Notes: generated by a model not told the origin, from the sequence alone. Positions 48,801-59,559 are shown, counted from the first letter of the stretch. The stretch: DNA of 64,000 nucleotides from an uncultured Spirochaetota bacterium (GCA_963734545.1 CAVTHO010000005.1:1-64000), one strand, 5' to 3'. Numbers and translations are program-made.

Positions 48801-48862
48801 TTCATTTCCAATCTATCGTTCCCGCCCCCGGGCGTCAAGGGAACTCGGGCATGACCGCCCGG

Positions 48863-51031
48863 TCACTTCTCCGTCATGACCCAGACACCGCTCCATTTTT
48901 CCGCGGGCGGGGCAGCGGCAAGCTCCCGGCACTTGCGGGCATATGAGGCAGCCACGGGATCTTCAGCCGCGACACCGGCGAATATGCCTTCCGCCTCTGC
49001 GAACCTCCCCGCATAGTACTCCTGCAGGCCCCTGTCGAACACTTCGAGGGCCGGCTTCCGGGCGGCGAACTCGGCCGGCAGCATCGGCTCGAACACGACG
49101 ACAGGCTCCTTGCGGCCGACAACCGCGACGCGAGAGAGCTCGCGCACGGGAAACGCGCCCGCCATTTTCTCCACCACGGCCCGGGAGATCATTGTGTAGG
49201 TGCCGAACTGCTTGTTGATGCCCTCCAGCCGGGCCGAGAGGTTCACCTGGTCGCCCAGCATGGTGTAGTCGAACCTTGTCTTCGAGCCCATGTTCCCGAC
49301 CACGGCCGGCCCCGTATTCATGCCGACGCGCATGCGCATGTCCTTGCCGATGCGCGCCCGGATGCCGGGCCGCATCTCGGCCAGCTTTGCCTGGCAGCGC
49401 AGCGCGGCCCTGACCCCGCGCACCGCGTGGTCCTCGAGCGTGAGAGGCGCGTTCCAGAAGGCGATGATCGCGTCTCCCTCGAACTTGTCGATGGTTCCTC
49501 CCTCCTCCTGGATGATGTCCACCATGGCCGTGAGGTACTCGTTGAGAAGCGCGGTCAGGTCCTCCGGGGTGAGCGCCTCGGAGATGCCGGTGAAGCCCTG
49601 CACATCGGAGAAGAAGATCGTGAGCTCGCGCCGTTCCCCGCCCAGCCGAAGGCGCTCCGGGTGCGCAATCAGCTCGTCGATGACGGCCGGGCTCAGGTAC
49701 TGCTTGAAGGCCCCCTTGATGTAGCGCTTCTGCTGTCCCTCGGTTGCATAGGTGACCAGGCTGCCGCCCAGCAGAGAGATCACGGCTCCCAGCTCGAGGG
49801 CCACCACCTGCAGCCAGTACCCCAGCGCGTAGGCAGCGATACCCAGGGCGGGCGCGACGGGAAGGAACGCCACGTAGATCAGCGCGCTCCGGCCCGCGCC
49901 GGAGACCGCCGTGCCGGAGAGCCCGGCCCCGATGCAGAGCAGGAGGAGGAGAAGGATCGTCGCCGCAACGGGGACGGGTTTCATGAAATCGCCCGAGAGC
50001 AGATTGTCCAGCATGGTGGCGTGTATCTCCACGCCGGGATAGTCCCCTGTCATGGGCGACGGCTTCAGGTCGAAGAGACCGGGCGCCGAATAGCCGTAGA
50101 AGACGTACTTGTCCCTGACCACGTCCGGCTTCAGGCCGGGCTCCGTGCCCTCCTGGATCTGGAGGTCCGCCTGCACCACGGCAGCAGCGGTGAGGGCCAT
50201 GTGCGTCGCGGAGGGGCCCCGAAACCTCAGGATGGCCCGGCCTTCCCCGTCGATGGGAACTTCCCTGCCGTCCACGATGAGCTTCCCCGGGCTGATGGAT
50301 ACGGCGGAAGAACCCGGGTTCCCGGCCAGGTATGCGGCAAGAGCCTCGGCAGGCACGACCCGGCCGTCGAACACGCTGAACAGCGCCCCCCGCCGATAGA
50401 CCCGGTCGGCCGGATCCGGGGCGATGTACGCATTGGCAAGCAGGTTCGCGCTCCTCCACAGCTCGGGTATCGGGAACTCGGCCATCGGGTAGACGAGCGT
50501 CTTCGGGCCGGCCTTGCGGACCCAGTCCTCCAGGCCGGTTACGACGAGCGGCGGCCGGGGATAGCCCGGCGGCCAGTTCTTCTCCGTGGCCTGTGCCGAG
50601 CCGAAGTTCATCGCGATCACGACCCGGCCGTTTTTCGCCACGCCGTTTCCCATGGCTTCATCGTCGGAAACTCCGTACACGGAGGGCTCCGTGAAGAACA
50701 CGTCCAGCACGAGGGCCTTGGCCCCGCCCCGCGCGCAGAAATCGGCGACAGCGGTGTACACCTCGCGCGGCCACGGCCAGGAAAGCGCGTTCTCCTTCCT
50801 GCCCCACTCGAGGCTCTTCTGGTCCAGAAGAATCGTCGCGACCTGGCTGGTAGCCTTCCCCGGCCGGGCGAGGAGGCGGGCCCGCAGGTCCCATGTCCGG
50901 GCCTCGAAACCGTTCAACGCGCCGAGGAGCCAGACGCCGAGCACGAGCGCGGCGCCGGCCGCGCCGATCAGAGCACCCTGGATCAGCTTGCGCAGGCCGC
51001 CGGAGATCTCGGACTGTCTTCTGCTTGCCAT
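48863..51031 (-). CDS. CHASE2-domain class III adenylate cyclase
   Basis: WPWPR, YPGVEIHA, three TM helices, FSDVQGFT, DKFEGD, YTMLGDQVNLSARLE; RBS AGGAG. Confidence 0.92.
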   Translation of the reverse strand: MASRRQSEISGGLRKLIQGALIGAAGAALVLGVWLLGALNGFEARTWDLRARLLARPGKATSQVATILLDQKSLEWGRKENALSWPWPREVYTAVADFCARGGAKALVLDVFFTEPSVYGVSDDEAMGNGVAKNGRVVIAMNFGSAQATEKNWPPGYPRPPLVVTGLEDWVRKAGPKTLVYPMAEFPIPELWRSANLLANAYIAPDPADRVYRRGALFSVFDGRVVPAEALAAYLAGNPGSSAVSISPGKLIVDGREVPIDGEGRAILRFRGPSATHMALTAAAVVQADLQIQEGTEPGLKPDVVRDKYVFYGYSAPGLFDLKPSPMTGDYPGVEIHATMLDNLLSGDFMKPVPVAATILLLLLLCIGAGLSGTAVSGAGRSALIYVAFLPVAPALGIAAYALGYWLQVVALELGAVISLLGGSLVTYATEGQQKRYIKGAFKQYLSPAVIDELIAHPERLRLGGERRELTIFFSDVQGFTGISEALTPEDLTALLNEYLTAMVDIIQEEGGTIDKFEGDAIIAFWNAPLTLEDHAVRGVRAALRCQAKLAEMRPGIRARIGKDMRMRVGMNTGPAVVGNMGSKTRFDYTMLGDQVNLSARLEGINKQFGTYTMISRAVVEKMAGAFPVRELSRVAVVGRKEPVVVFEPMLPAEFAARKPALEVFDRGLQEYYAGRFAEAEGIFAGVAAEDPVAASYARKCRELAAAPPAEKWSGVWVMTEK

Positions 51032-51044
51032 CCCGGATACGCTC

Positions 51045-51950
51045 CTAGATGGCCCCCAGAGAAGCCCGGTACCGGGCCTGCCGCGCGTCTTCAGCCGAGG
51101 AGGCCGCGACAGCGGGCTGCCCCCCCAGCGTCTTTTCCACCGCGGTGATCCGGACCTGGGGATCCGGATGCGTCTTGGCAAAATCGAGGCCGCCCGGTTT
51201 CAGCTTGCCCTTCATCACGGTGAGCATCTCGTCGAAGGCCTGTGGATCGTAGCCTGCCTTCCGCATGATGACGAGCGCCATCTGGTCCGCCTCGAGCTCC
51301 AGCTCGCGAGAATAGCCCGAGTTCACGAGGGTATTGGTGATGTCGTTGATGGAATCCTTGAACACTCCGGTGAGCTGTTTCAGCTCAGGGGAGCCCGCCA
51401 CCTGCACGGTGGTATTCACCCCTGACTGGATGGCGGCCGTCCAGCGGGCGTTGCTGATTGCCTTCAGACCGTGCTTCAACACGACATGGCTGATCTCATG
51501 CGCGAGGATTGCCGCCACCGTCTCCTCGCTGTCCGCGCAGCGCAGGAGGCCGCGGCTGATCAGGATGAGCCCGCCCGGAGCCGCGAAAGCGTTTATCTCG
51601 TCGGAGTCCAGGATGAGGAAGTGGTATCCGCCGAACGTCTCGGGCCTGTCCGAGTACAGCGAGAGGCTGCGCCCCAGCACGTTGACGTAGTCGGTCGCCT
51701 TCTGTTCGCTGTACGCCTTGCGCGTGGCAAGGATGTTCGCCGCCACTGCCCGGCCGATATAGTATTCCTGCTCGGGGGTGATCTCCTGGGATGCCGTCTG
51801 GACGGCCTCCACGGTCTGCTTGATCGCGGCCTGCTTGTTCGGGTCCCCGGCAACATCCATGACAGTGCCGAGAAGGTCTCCGCCCATGCTCGCGCAGCCC
51901 ATCATGCCGAGAATGAAGAGAACGGGAAGGGGACGGATCAGTGATTTCAC
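51045..51950 (-). CDS. M48 family metallopeptidase, probable lipoprotein
   Basis: MMGC lipobox-like, NAFAAPGG, HEISH, YSRELELEAD, THP. Confidence 0.88.
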   Translation of the reverse strand: MKSLIRPLPVLFILGMMGCASMGGDLLGTVMDVAGDPNKQAAIKQTVEAVQTASQEITPEQEYYIGRAVAANILATRKAYSEQKATDYVNVLGRSLSLYSDRPETFGGYHFLILDSDEINAFAAPGGLILISRGLLRCADSEETVAAILAHEISHVVLKHGLKAISNARWTAAIQSGVNTTVQVAGSPELKQLTGVFKDSINDITNTLVNSGYSRELELEADQMALVIMRKAGYDPQAFDEMLTVMKGKLKPGGLDFAKTHPDPQVRITAVEKTLGGQPAVAASSAEDARQARYRASLGAI

Positions 51951-52450
51951 TGCGCGCCTCCTTCCGGTGACGTAAGGCCGCCCTGCTTGATGAATGCGGC
52001 AAGCTGCTCGGGGCTCACCACGATCTGCCCCATGCGGTTCACCCACGTGTAGTCGAGCTTGCCTTCCGCCTTGTATTCCTTCTCGACGGATTCATTGAAG
52101 CCCTTGCCCGCCAGCGCGACCTCCCCCGTGGAGGCGCCCTGCGCCACGTTCTCCGTTCCGGACTTGAGGGCGATCATCTTCTCCTGGAGGGCCGAGAGGC
52201 TGACCCAGCCCTGGAGCTTCCCGTCCGGACCGCGCACCTTGACCCAGCTCTTCGAGGCGCCGGCAGGCTGGTCGAGGACCGTGACCCGGTCCGCGTACTT
52301 GAGCGTGCCCAGAATTCTGCCCAGGTAGCTTGCCGTGGCCCGCACCGAAGTCTCTTTGACGGTCACGCTCATCTGCTTCTGGTCAGCGGCGAAAACGACA
52401 CCCGCGGCGAGCACGAGGCACGCCGCAATGCACAGGCGAAGTATCCTCAT
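51947..52450 (-). CDS. Secreted SH3b-domain protein
   Basis: Signal peptide; VRATAS...WVKV...GWV; EVALAGKGF. Confidence 0.8.
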   Translation of the reverse strand: MRILRLCIAACLVLAAGVVFAADQKQMSVTVKETSVRATASYLGRILGTLKYADRVTVLDQPAGASKSWVKVRGPDGKLQGWVSLSALQEKMIALKSGTENVAQGASTGEVALAGKGFNESVEKEYKAEGKLDYTWVNRMGQIVVSPEQLAAFIKQGGLTSPEGGAQ

Positions 52451-52526
52451 CCCTCTTGCCTCCCTCGTCCAAGGTAGCGTGAAATCGGCTGGTTGTCACG
52501 GCCGAAATTCGATACACTCAGCCCCG

Positions 52527-53450
52527 ATGCCGCTCACGGGAACGACTCACAAGATGGCAATCGCGTGCCTGGCGATTACGCTGGCCGTGGGCTGCACGGG
52601 TCGTCAGCCGGCGCCGGGCCCGGGTGAGGCGGGGAAGGCGGCTGCCGCCCCTGCGCGGGATGCCTCCATCCTCAATACCGGCTCCGATACCCTCGTCAAC
52701 CTTGCCCTGGCCTGGGCCGAGCGGTACATGGCTTTACGGCCCGAGGTGCGCATCTCGGTAACCGGCGGGGGCTCAGGCACCGGCATCGCCTCTCTCATCA
52801 ATGGCACGGTCCAGATCGCGAACGCTTCCCGGGAGATGTCTTCGGAGGAGATCGCTGAAGCAAAGAAGAACGGCATCACGCCGGTGAAGTTCATCGTGGC
52901 CCTGGATGCCATTGCCGTGGTCGAGAACCCGCATAATCCTGTCCGTGGACTTACACTTCACCAGATCTCGGATATGTACACGGGAAAGATCCGCCGCTGG
53001 TCCTCTGTTGCCGGCGATGACCGGCCCGTGGTCCTTCTCTCACGAGAGTCCAACTCGGGCACCTACGTCTATTTCCTGGAGCAGGTGCTGCGCCTCGGGG
53101 ACAGCAAGGCGAAGACGCTGTTCTCACCGGAGACGCTTCTCATGCCTTCCTCGGAGGGCATCAGCACCGAGGTGCGGCAGAACGTGAACGCCATCGGCTA
53201 TGACGGGCTGGGATATGTGACCCCGGACCAGAAAATGATTGCCGTGGCGCGTACCGCGGAAGGTCCTTTCGTTCTCCCCTCTGCTGCGACGGTGCTGGAC
53301 AAGTCATACCCGGTCTCCCGACCCCTCTACATGTACACGGCCGGTGAGCCGTCAGGCGCGGTAAAGGCATATCTCGATTGGGTCATGGATGAAGGCCAGA
53401 AGCTCGTGACTGAACTGGGCTTTGTGCCGCTCAGAAAGGGCGGAGAATGA
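52527..53450 (+). CDS. pstS: Phosphate ABC transporter binding lipoprotein
   Basis: AVGC lipobox, GSDT, GGGSGTG, RESNSGT, YPVSRPLY. Confidence 0.93.
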   Translation: MPLTGTTHKMAIACLAITLAVGCTGRQPAPGPGEAGKAAAAPARDASILNTGSDTLVNLALAWAERYMALRPEVRISVTGGGSGTGIASLINGTVQIANASREMSSEEIAEAKKNGITPVKFIVALDAIAVVENPHNPVRGLTLHQISDMYTGKIRRWSSVAGDDRPVVLLSRESNSGTYVYFLEQVLRLGDSKAKTLFSPETLLMPSSEGISTEVRQNVNAIGYDGLGYVTPDQKMIAVARTAEGPFVLPSAATVLDKSYPVSRPLYMYTAGEPSGAVKAYLDWVMDEGQKLVTELGFVPLRKGGE

Positions 53451-54364
53451 TGTCGGCCCCTCGCGCGCGGCATCGCGTTCCCCTGGCCAGGATCTCGGAG
53501 CTCTCCATCGAGACGCTCATCCGGGTGCTCGGGTTCTCCACCATCGGCCTGGTCCTCCTGATCTTCCTTTTCCTCCTGCGTGAAGGTATTCCCGTCTTTT
53601 TCGAGGTCCCCCTGCGCGGGCTTTTTTCCTCGCACTGGTACCCCACATTCGGGATATTCGGCACCCTCCCCCTGATCCTCGGTTCCATTCTCGTCACGCT
53701 GCTCGCCATCCTCATTGCCCTGCCTCTCGGCGTGGCAACAGCGGTGTTCGTACGCGAGGTCGCCCCGCGATGGGCCCGGGAGATACTGAAGCCGATCATC
53801 GAGGTGCTCGCCGGAATCCCTTCGGTCGTGCTCGGCTTTTTCGGCATGACCTTTGTCGCGCCCCTGGTCAGGGACGTGCTCGGAGCGCCCACAGGCCTCA
53901 CGGCATTTTCCGGGGCGATCATCCTGGCCTACATGGCCCTGCCCACCCTCATCAGCGTGGCGGAGGACGCGCTCGATTCGGTGCCCAGGAGCTATCGCGA
54001 CGCGGGCCTGGCCATGGGCGCCACCCGCTGGCAGACCATCTGGCGCGTCGTGGTGCCTGCCGCCCGGTCCGGCATCCTCACGGCGGTCATGCTCGGCATG
54101 GGCAGGGCGATCGGGGAGACGATGGCAGTGATGATGGTGACGGGCAATGCCGCGGTCATGCCGTCCTCCCTCGCGTCGCTCTTCCGGCCGGTGCGCACCA
54201 TGACCGCCACCATCGCCGCCGAAATGGGTGAAGTGGCGAGGGGGAGCACGCACTACCATGCCCTGTTCGGCATCGGGATCATCCTCTTCGTGCTCACGTT
54301 CCTCATCAACCTCGCGGCTGCCAAGGCGATCTTCGAGAAGAAGCGGAAGGGAGGGCTGCGCTGA
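53447..54364 (+). CDS. pstC: Phosphate ABC transporter permease
   Basis: LAGIPSVV, GRAIGETMAV. Confidence 0.94.
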   Translation: MMSAPRARHRVPLARISELSIETLIRVLGFSTIGLVLLIFLFLLREGIPVFFEVPLRGLFSSHWYPTFGIFGTLPLILGSILVTLLAILIALPLGVATAVFVREVAPRWAREILKPIIEVLAGIPSVVLGFFGMTFVAPLVRDVLGAPTGLTAFSGAIILAYMALPTLISVAEDALDSVPRSYRDAGLAMGATRWQTIWRVVVPAARSGILTAVMLGMGRAIGETMAVMMVTGNAAVMPSSLASLFRPVRTMTATIAAEMGEVARGSTHYHALFGIGIILFVLTFLINLAAAKAIFEKKRKGGLR

Positions 54365-55209
54365 TGAACCGCGCCCTCGCCCAGAAGCTGGGATTCGCCC
54401 TGCTCGGGCTCGTCTCCCTCCTGGTGGTGGTGCCCATCCTGGTCGTGATCGGCGTCATCGTGGCCCGGGGCATCGTGGCCATCAACTGGCAGTTCCTCAC
54501 CACGATGCCGCACGGCGGCATGAAGGAAGGCGGCATCCTGCCCGCCATCGTGGGTACGCTGCTCCTGACGCTCGGCACGGCACTCGTGGCGGTGCCCATC
54601 GGCATCGGCGGCGCCGTGTACCTTTCCGAATACGCCCGGGACACCCGCCTCACACGCGCCATCCGCCTTGCGATCGTCAATCTCGCCGGCATCCCCTCCA
54701 TCGTCTACGGCCTGTTCGGACTGGGAATGTTCGTGCTCTTCTTCCGGTTCGGCACCTCGATCCTCGCCGGGTCCCTCACCCTCGCCATCATGACCCTTCC
54801 GGTCATCATCAGCACCGCGGAAGAAGCGCTGCGCGCCGTGCCCCAGGAGTTCCGCACCGTGTCTTCGAGCCTCGGAGGGACCCGCTGGCAGGGCATCCGC
54901 AACATCGTGCTTCCCCAGGCGCTGCCCGGCATCATCACGGGCGTGATCCTCGGCCTCCTGCGCGCCGCGGGTGAGACGGCGCCGATCCTCTTCACCGTGG
55001 CAGCGTTCTATCTCCCGCGGCTGCCCACCTCTCCGCTGGACCAGACCATGGCCCTGCCCTACCACCTGTACGTGATCAGCACGCAGGTGCCGGGCATGCC
55101 CCTGTCCGTGCAGTACGGCACCGCCCTGGTCCTCCTGGGGCTCGTGCTGTCCCTGAACATCGTGGCCACGCTGATCCGCGGCTACTTCCGGAGAAAGCGG
55201 CAATGGTAG
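54364..55209 (+). CDS. pstA: Phosphate ABC transporter permease
   Basis: YLSEYA, LAGIPSIVYGLFG, AGETAP. Confidence 0.94.
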   Translation: MNRALAQKLGFALLGLVSLLVVVPILVVIGVIVARGIVAINWQFLTTMPHGGMKEGGILPAIVGTLLLTLGTALVAVPIGIGGAVYLSEYARDTRLTRAIRLAIVNLAGIPSIVYGLFGLGMFVLFFRFGTSILAGSLTLAIMTLPVIISTAEEALRAVPQEFRTVSSSLGGTRWQGIRNIVLPQALPGIITGVILGLLRAAGETAPILFTVAAFYLPRLPTSPLDQTMALPYHLYVISTQVPGMPLSVQYGTALVLLGLVLSLNIVATLIRGYFRRKRQW

Positions 55210-55994
55210 GCGGGACGCACACGAGCGCGCTGGATCGCCAGGCCGCCAAGGTGAGAGTCGAGGGGGTGAGCTACTGGTACGCCGGCAGGCAGTCGCTCTC
55301 CGACGTGAGCCTCACGCTGCCGGACCGGGCGGTGACGGTGCTCTTCGGTCCGGCCGGGGGAGGCAAGACCACCCTGATGCGCCTGGTGAACAGGCTGAAC
55401 GACCTGGTGGACGGCACGCGCATGACCGGCCGCATCCTCCTGGACGGTGAAGACATCTACGCTCCCGGCGTAGACGTGACCCGGCTGCGCCGGAGGGTGG
55501 GGATGGTGTTCGCGCTGCCACTGCCGCTGCCGGGAACGGTCAGGGAAAACGTTCTCTACGGTCCCCGGCTCGCGGGGGAGCGGAACGCGGGAAAACTTTC
55601 GGAAATCGTGGAGCGCAGCCTCACCCAGGCCGCCCTGTGGAGCGAGGTGAAGGACAGGCTGGACGGGCCCGCGCTGAGCCTGTCCGGCGGCCAGCAGCAG
55701 CGGCTCTGCATCGCCCGGAGCCTGGCGCTGGAGCCCGAGATGCTGCTCCTGGACGAGCCGACCTCCGGCCTCGACCCGATCTCCACGGCCAAGGTGGAGG
55801 AGTCCCTCTTCGAGCTGAAGAAGCAATACGCGGTGGTCATCGTGCCGCACAGCGTGCAGCAGGCGGCGCGCGTGGCGGATTTCGCCGCCTTCTTCCTCTC
55901 GGGCGAGCTGGTGGAATGCGGCGACGGCCCGCAGGTATTCACGGCGCCCCGGGAAAAGAAGACCGAGGACTACGTGACGGGGAGGTTCGGATAG
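55203..55994 (+). CDS. pstB: Phosphate ABC ATPase, divergent copy
   Basis: [31 protein letters not shown]; Q-loop reads VFALP. Confidence 0.85.
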   Translation: MVGGTHTSALDRQAAKVRVEGVSYWYAGRQSLSDVSLTLPDRAVTVLFGPAGGGKTTLMRLVNRLNDLVDGTRMTGRILLDGEDIYAPGVDVTRLRRRVGMVFALPLPLPGTVRENVLYGPRLAGERNAGKLSEIVERSLTQAALWSEVKDRLDGPALSLSGGQQQRLCIARSLALEPEMLLLDEPTSGLDPISTAKVEESLFELKKQYAVVIVPHSVQQAARVADFAAFFLSGELVECGDGPQVFTAPREKKTEDYVTGRFG

Positions 55995-56764
55995 TGAAGG
56001 GAAAGATCGCCGTCAGGGATCTCACCTTCAGCTACGGCGCACGGGTCGCCCTGCAGGACGTGAGCATCGACGTGGAGGACAGGCGGATCACCGCGCTGAT
56101 CGGCCCCTCGGGGTGCGGCAAGTCGACCTTCCTGAGGTGCCTGAACCGCATGAACGATACGATCCCGGGAGCCCGGGCAAAGGGAAGCGTCCGCATCGAC
56201 GATATGGACGTCTATGCCCCCGGCACCGACGTCGTGGAGCTCCGGAAGAAGGTGGGGATGGTCTTCCAGCGGCCCAACCCCTTCCCCCAGAGCATCTTCG
56301 ACAACGTGGCGTTCGGACCGCGCGTGCTGGGCACCCATCGGGGGAATTCCCTCGAAGATGAAGTGGAGAAGAGCCTCCGGGCAGCCGATCTGTGGGAAGA
56401 AGTGAAAGACACGCTGCACCACGACGCCCTTTCCCTCTCCCTGGGGCAGCAGCAGCGGCTGTGCATTGCCCGGGTCGTGGCGGTGGCGCCGGAGGTCATC
56501 CTGATGGACGAGCCCTGCTCCGCGCTGGACCCCATCGCGACCCTCCGGGTCGAGGAGCTGATGCGCACCCTGACGGAAAAGTACACGATCGTCATCGTGA
56601 CGCACAACATGCACCAGGCCGCGCGTGTATCCGACTGGACCGGCTTCTTCTGGCTGAACGAGCACAGGGCGGGAATTCTCGCGGAGTTCGGGGCAACGGA
56701 GCTGATCTTCACGAGCCCGCGGGACAAGCGAACGGAAGACTACATTACGGGGCGATTCGGATAG
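55994..56764 (+). CDS. pstB: Phosphate ABC ATPase
   Basis: [36 protein letters not shown]. Confidence 0.93.
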   Translation: MKGKIAVRDLTFSYGARVALQDVSIDVEDRRITALIGPSGCGKSTFLRCLNRMNDTIPGARAKGSVRIDDMDVYAPGTDVVELRKKVGMVFQRPNPFPQSIFDNVAFGPRVLGTHRGNSLEDEVEKSLRAADLWEEVKDTLHHDALSLSLGQQQRLCIARVVAVAPEVILMDEPCSALDPIATLRVEELMRTLTEKYTIVIVTHNMHQAARVSDWTGFFWLNEHRAGILAEFGATELIFTSPRDKRTEDYITGRFG

Positions 56765-56833
56765 AAGCGCAGAAGCGCCGCAAAGGGGCGCAAGACGCGC
56801 CCGAGTGAAGACGCGGGCGCCCAAGGAGGACCT

Positions 56834-57502
56834 ATGGCACGGGAAAAGTTCGAACACGACCTGCACAGGCTGCAGGATGAGATACTCGCCCTGGGAGCGA
56901 TGGCGGAGAGCGCAGTGGCCGAATCCGTGCGTACGCTGAAGAATCAGGATTTCGCGCGTGCCCGCGTCATCATCGAGGGGGACCGGCACATCAATGAAAA
57001 GCGCTACGCCATCGAGAACGAGGCCCTCACCCTGATCGCCACGCAGCAGCCCATGGCAGGTGACCTGCGCACCCTGGCAGCGATCCTGGAGATCGCCACC
57101 GAGCTGGAGCGCATGGCGGACTATGCCAAGGGGATCGCGAATGTCGTGCTGATGATCGGAAGCGAGCCTCTGATCAAGCCCCTGGTGGACATACCCCGGA
57201 TGGCGGACAAGGCGTGCGATATGCTGCACAGGGCCCTGGAAGCCTTCCTGAAGCAGGACGTGGAGGCGGCGCGCGCCATCCCCAAGGAAGACGCGGCGGT
57301 GGACGCTCTGTACGAGCAGATCTACCGGGAGCTCATCACCCACATCATCGCGGACCCGAAGGCCATCGACCAGGCCACCCGGCTGACGTGGGTGGCCCAC
57401 AACCTGGAGCGGGTGGCCGACAGGGTGGGCAACATCTGCGAGCGGATCGTGTTTTCGATCACGGGCCGGGGCGAGGAGCTCGACGACCCTGTGGCGTACT
57501 AG
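56834..57502 (+). CDS. phoU: Phosphate signalling protein PhoU
   Basis: QQPMAGDLR, LERMAD, LERVAD; RBS AAGGAGG. Confidence 0.95.
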   Translation: MAREKFEHDLHRLQDEILALGAMAESAVAESVRTLKNQDFARARVIIEGDRHINEKRYAIENEALTLIATQQPMAGDLRTLAAILEIATELERMADYAKGIANVVLMIGSEPLIKPLVDIPRMADKACDMLHRALEAFLKQDVEAARAIPKEDAAVDALYEQIYRELITHIIADPKAIDQATRLTWVAHNLERVADRVGNICERIVFSITGRGEELDDPVAY

Positions 57503-57561
57503 GGCCGGCCCGCCTTGCACAGGGCGCGCCAAAGGGGATAAAGTTCCCCCCCTGTAAACCC

Positions 57562-59559
57562 ATGAGCGATCCCTCGCAGGAAAAACTATTCTCCCGGCTG
57601 AAAAGCCTCATTCTGGGCGGCGCCAAGGACTTCCGGGACCCCCACATCTTCCACAAGCTCACCCTTGTCGCTTTCTTCGCCTGGGTGGGTCTGGGGGCGG
57701 ACGGACTCTCCTCCGCCAACTATGGTCCCGAGGAGTCGTTCCTTTCGCTCGGCGTCCACGGCCACCTGGGCATTTTCGTTGCCATCGCCACCGCCATCAC
57801 GATCTTCGTCATTGCCTCCAGCTACTCGCAGATTGTCGAGCTCTTCCCCTCGGGCGGAGGCGGCTATCTCGTGGCGAGCAAGCTGCTCTCTCCCACCCTC
57901 GGCATGATCTCGGGGTCCGCCCTTCTAATCGATTACGTCCTTACCATCACGATCTCCGTGGCAAGCGGGGCTGACGCCATTTTCAGTTTCCTGCCGCTCG
58001 GCTGGCTGCGGCTCAAGGTCGTATTCGCGGTGGTCGGTGTGCTCGTTCTTATGGTGATGAACCTCAGGGGCGTGAAGGAATCCGTGACGCCCCTCGTCCC
58101 GATCTTCCTTCTTTTCCTCGTCACCCACGCGTTCGCCATCGTATTCGCGCTGGCCACGCACGCGCCCGCCGTGGGTGAGGTTGCGCGCAGCACGGCCGCG
58201 GACGTGCGCGCCGCCACGGCACAGCTCGGAACATTCGGCGTATTCATTCTCGTGATGCGCGCCTACAGCATGGGAGCCGGCACGTATACGGGCATCGAGG
58301 CGGTGAGCAATGGGCTGCCCATCCTCCGAGAGCCCCGTGTGCAGACGGCAAAGAGGACGATGCGCTACATGGCGGCCTCGCTCGCCTTCATGGCAGCGGG
58401 TCTCATGATCGGGTACCTGCTCTTCGATGTGCAGCACGTCACGGGCAAGACCCTGAACGCGGTCCTGATGGAACGCATCACGTCAGGCTGGGGCGGAGGC
58501 GGCACCGCCTTTGTGCTCGTCACCCTGATCTCGGAGGCGGTCCTTCTATTCGTGGCAGCGCAGGCCGGCTTCCTGGACGGTCCGCGGGTCCTGGCAAACA
58601 TGTCCCTGGACAGGTGGCTGCCCAGCCAGTTCAGCCTGCTCAGCGAGCGACTGGTGATCAAGAACGGCATCCTCATCATGGGAGGAGCCGCCATGATCGT
58701 CATGCTTGCCAGCCGGGGGTCGGTCAAGTTCCTGGTCGTGCTCTATGCCATCAATGTGTTCATCACCTTCTGCCTGTCCCAGGCAGGCATGGTCCGGCAT
58801 TGGTGGCAGGAGCGCAAATCGGTCTCCGCGTGGAAGAAAAAGATCCTCATAAACGGCTTCGGGCTTCTTCTCACCAGCTTCATCCTCATCTCGCAGGTCG
58901 TGCTCAAGTTCCAGGAGGGAGGTTGGATCACGCTGCTCGTTACCGGCTCCCTCGCGGCGGTTGCAGTCACGATCAAGCGTTTCTACTACCGGACAGGAAA
59001 ACGGCTCGCCCGGCTGGATCACCTCATGACCGCTGTTGCTGACGCGGAGACCGCGGCGCCGCCGGATTCGAGGCGGAAGCCGGCCCTGAAATTCGATCCG
59101 CGGGGAAAAACCGCGGTCATCCTCGTCTCCGGCTTCAATGGAACGGGCCTGCACACTCTCCTCAGCGTGAAAAGAGTATTCGGGGAAACCTTCCGCAACT
59201 GGTACTTCATGCAGGCCGGTATCATAGACGCGGACAGGTTCAAGGGCGTGGAGGGAATGGAGAAGCTTCGCGCGCACGTGGAAAACGGCCTGGAGCGCTA
59301 CGTGAAGTTCCTTAAATCCGAAGGGCTCTACGCGCAGGGCTACTCGGCCGTGGGCACGGACGTGTCGGACGAAATCTGCGATCTGGCCCGGGCCATCTAC
59401 GAAAAGAACCCGAACGCGGTCTTCTTCGGAGGCCAGATAGTGTTCCCCGAGGACTCCTTCCTCTCCCGGCTGCTCTTCAACCACACGACCTTTGCCGTGC
59501 AGAGACGGCTGCACCAGCTCGGCATTCCCTTCCTCGTCATGCCCGTTCGCGTGCAATAA
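57562..59559 (+). CDS. APC family permease, KimA/YdaO-like
   Basis: GADGLSS, PSGGGGY, DYVLT, TGIEAVSNG, plus a cytoplasmic C-terminal domain. Confidence 0.85.
   Translation: MSDPSQEKLFSRLKSLILGGAKDFRDPHIFHKLTLVAFFAWVGLGADGLSSANYGPEESFLSLGVHGHLGIFVAIATAITIFVIASSYSQIVELFPSGGGGYLVASKLLSPTLGMISGSALLIDYVLTITISVASGADAIFSFLPLGWLRLKVVFAVVGVLVLMVMNLRGVKESVTPLVPIFLLFLVTHAFAIVFALATHAPAVGEVARSTAADVRAATAQLGTFGVFILVMRAYSMGAGTYTGIEAVSNGLPILREPRVQTAKRTMRYMAASLAFMAAGLMIGYLLFDVQHVTGKTLNAVLMERITSGWGGGGTAFVLVTLISEAVLLFVAAQAGFLDGPRVLANMSLDRWLPSQFSLLSERLVIKNGILIMGGAAMIVMLASRGSVKFLVVLYAINVFITFCLSQAGMVRHWWQERKSVSAWKKKILINGFGLLLTSFILISQVVLKFQEGGWITLLVTGSLAAVAVTIKRFYYRTGKRLARLDHLMTAVADAETAAPPDSRRKPALKFDPRGKTAVILVSGFNGTGLHTLLSVKRVFGETFRNWYFMQAGIIDADRFKGVEGMEKLRAHVENGLERYVKFLKSEGLYAQGYSAVGTDVSDEICDLARAIYEKNPNAVFFGGQIVFPEDSFLSRLLFNHTTFAVQRRLHQLGIPFLVMPVRVQ

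Noticed and set aside
56765-56833. Alternative GC hairpins between pstB and phoU as a regulatory switch
   Set aside because: The loop AAGAC lacks GGA and the pairings are plausible by chance at this GC; a processing or stability hairpin is enough to explain it
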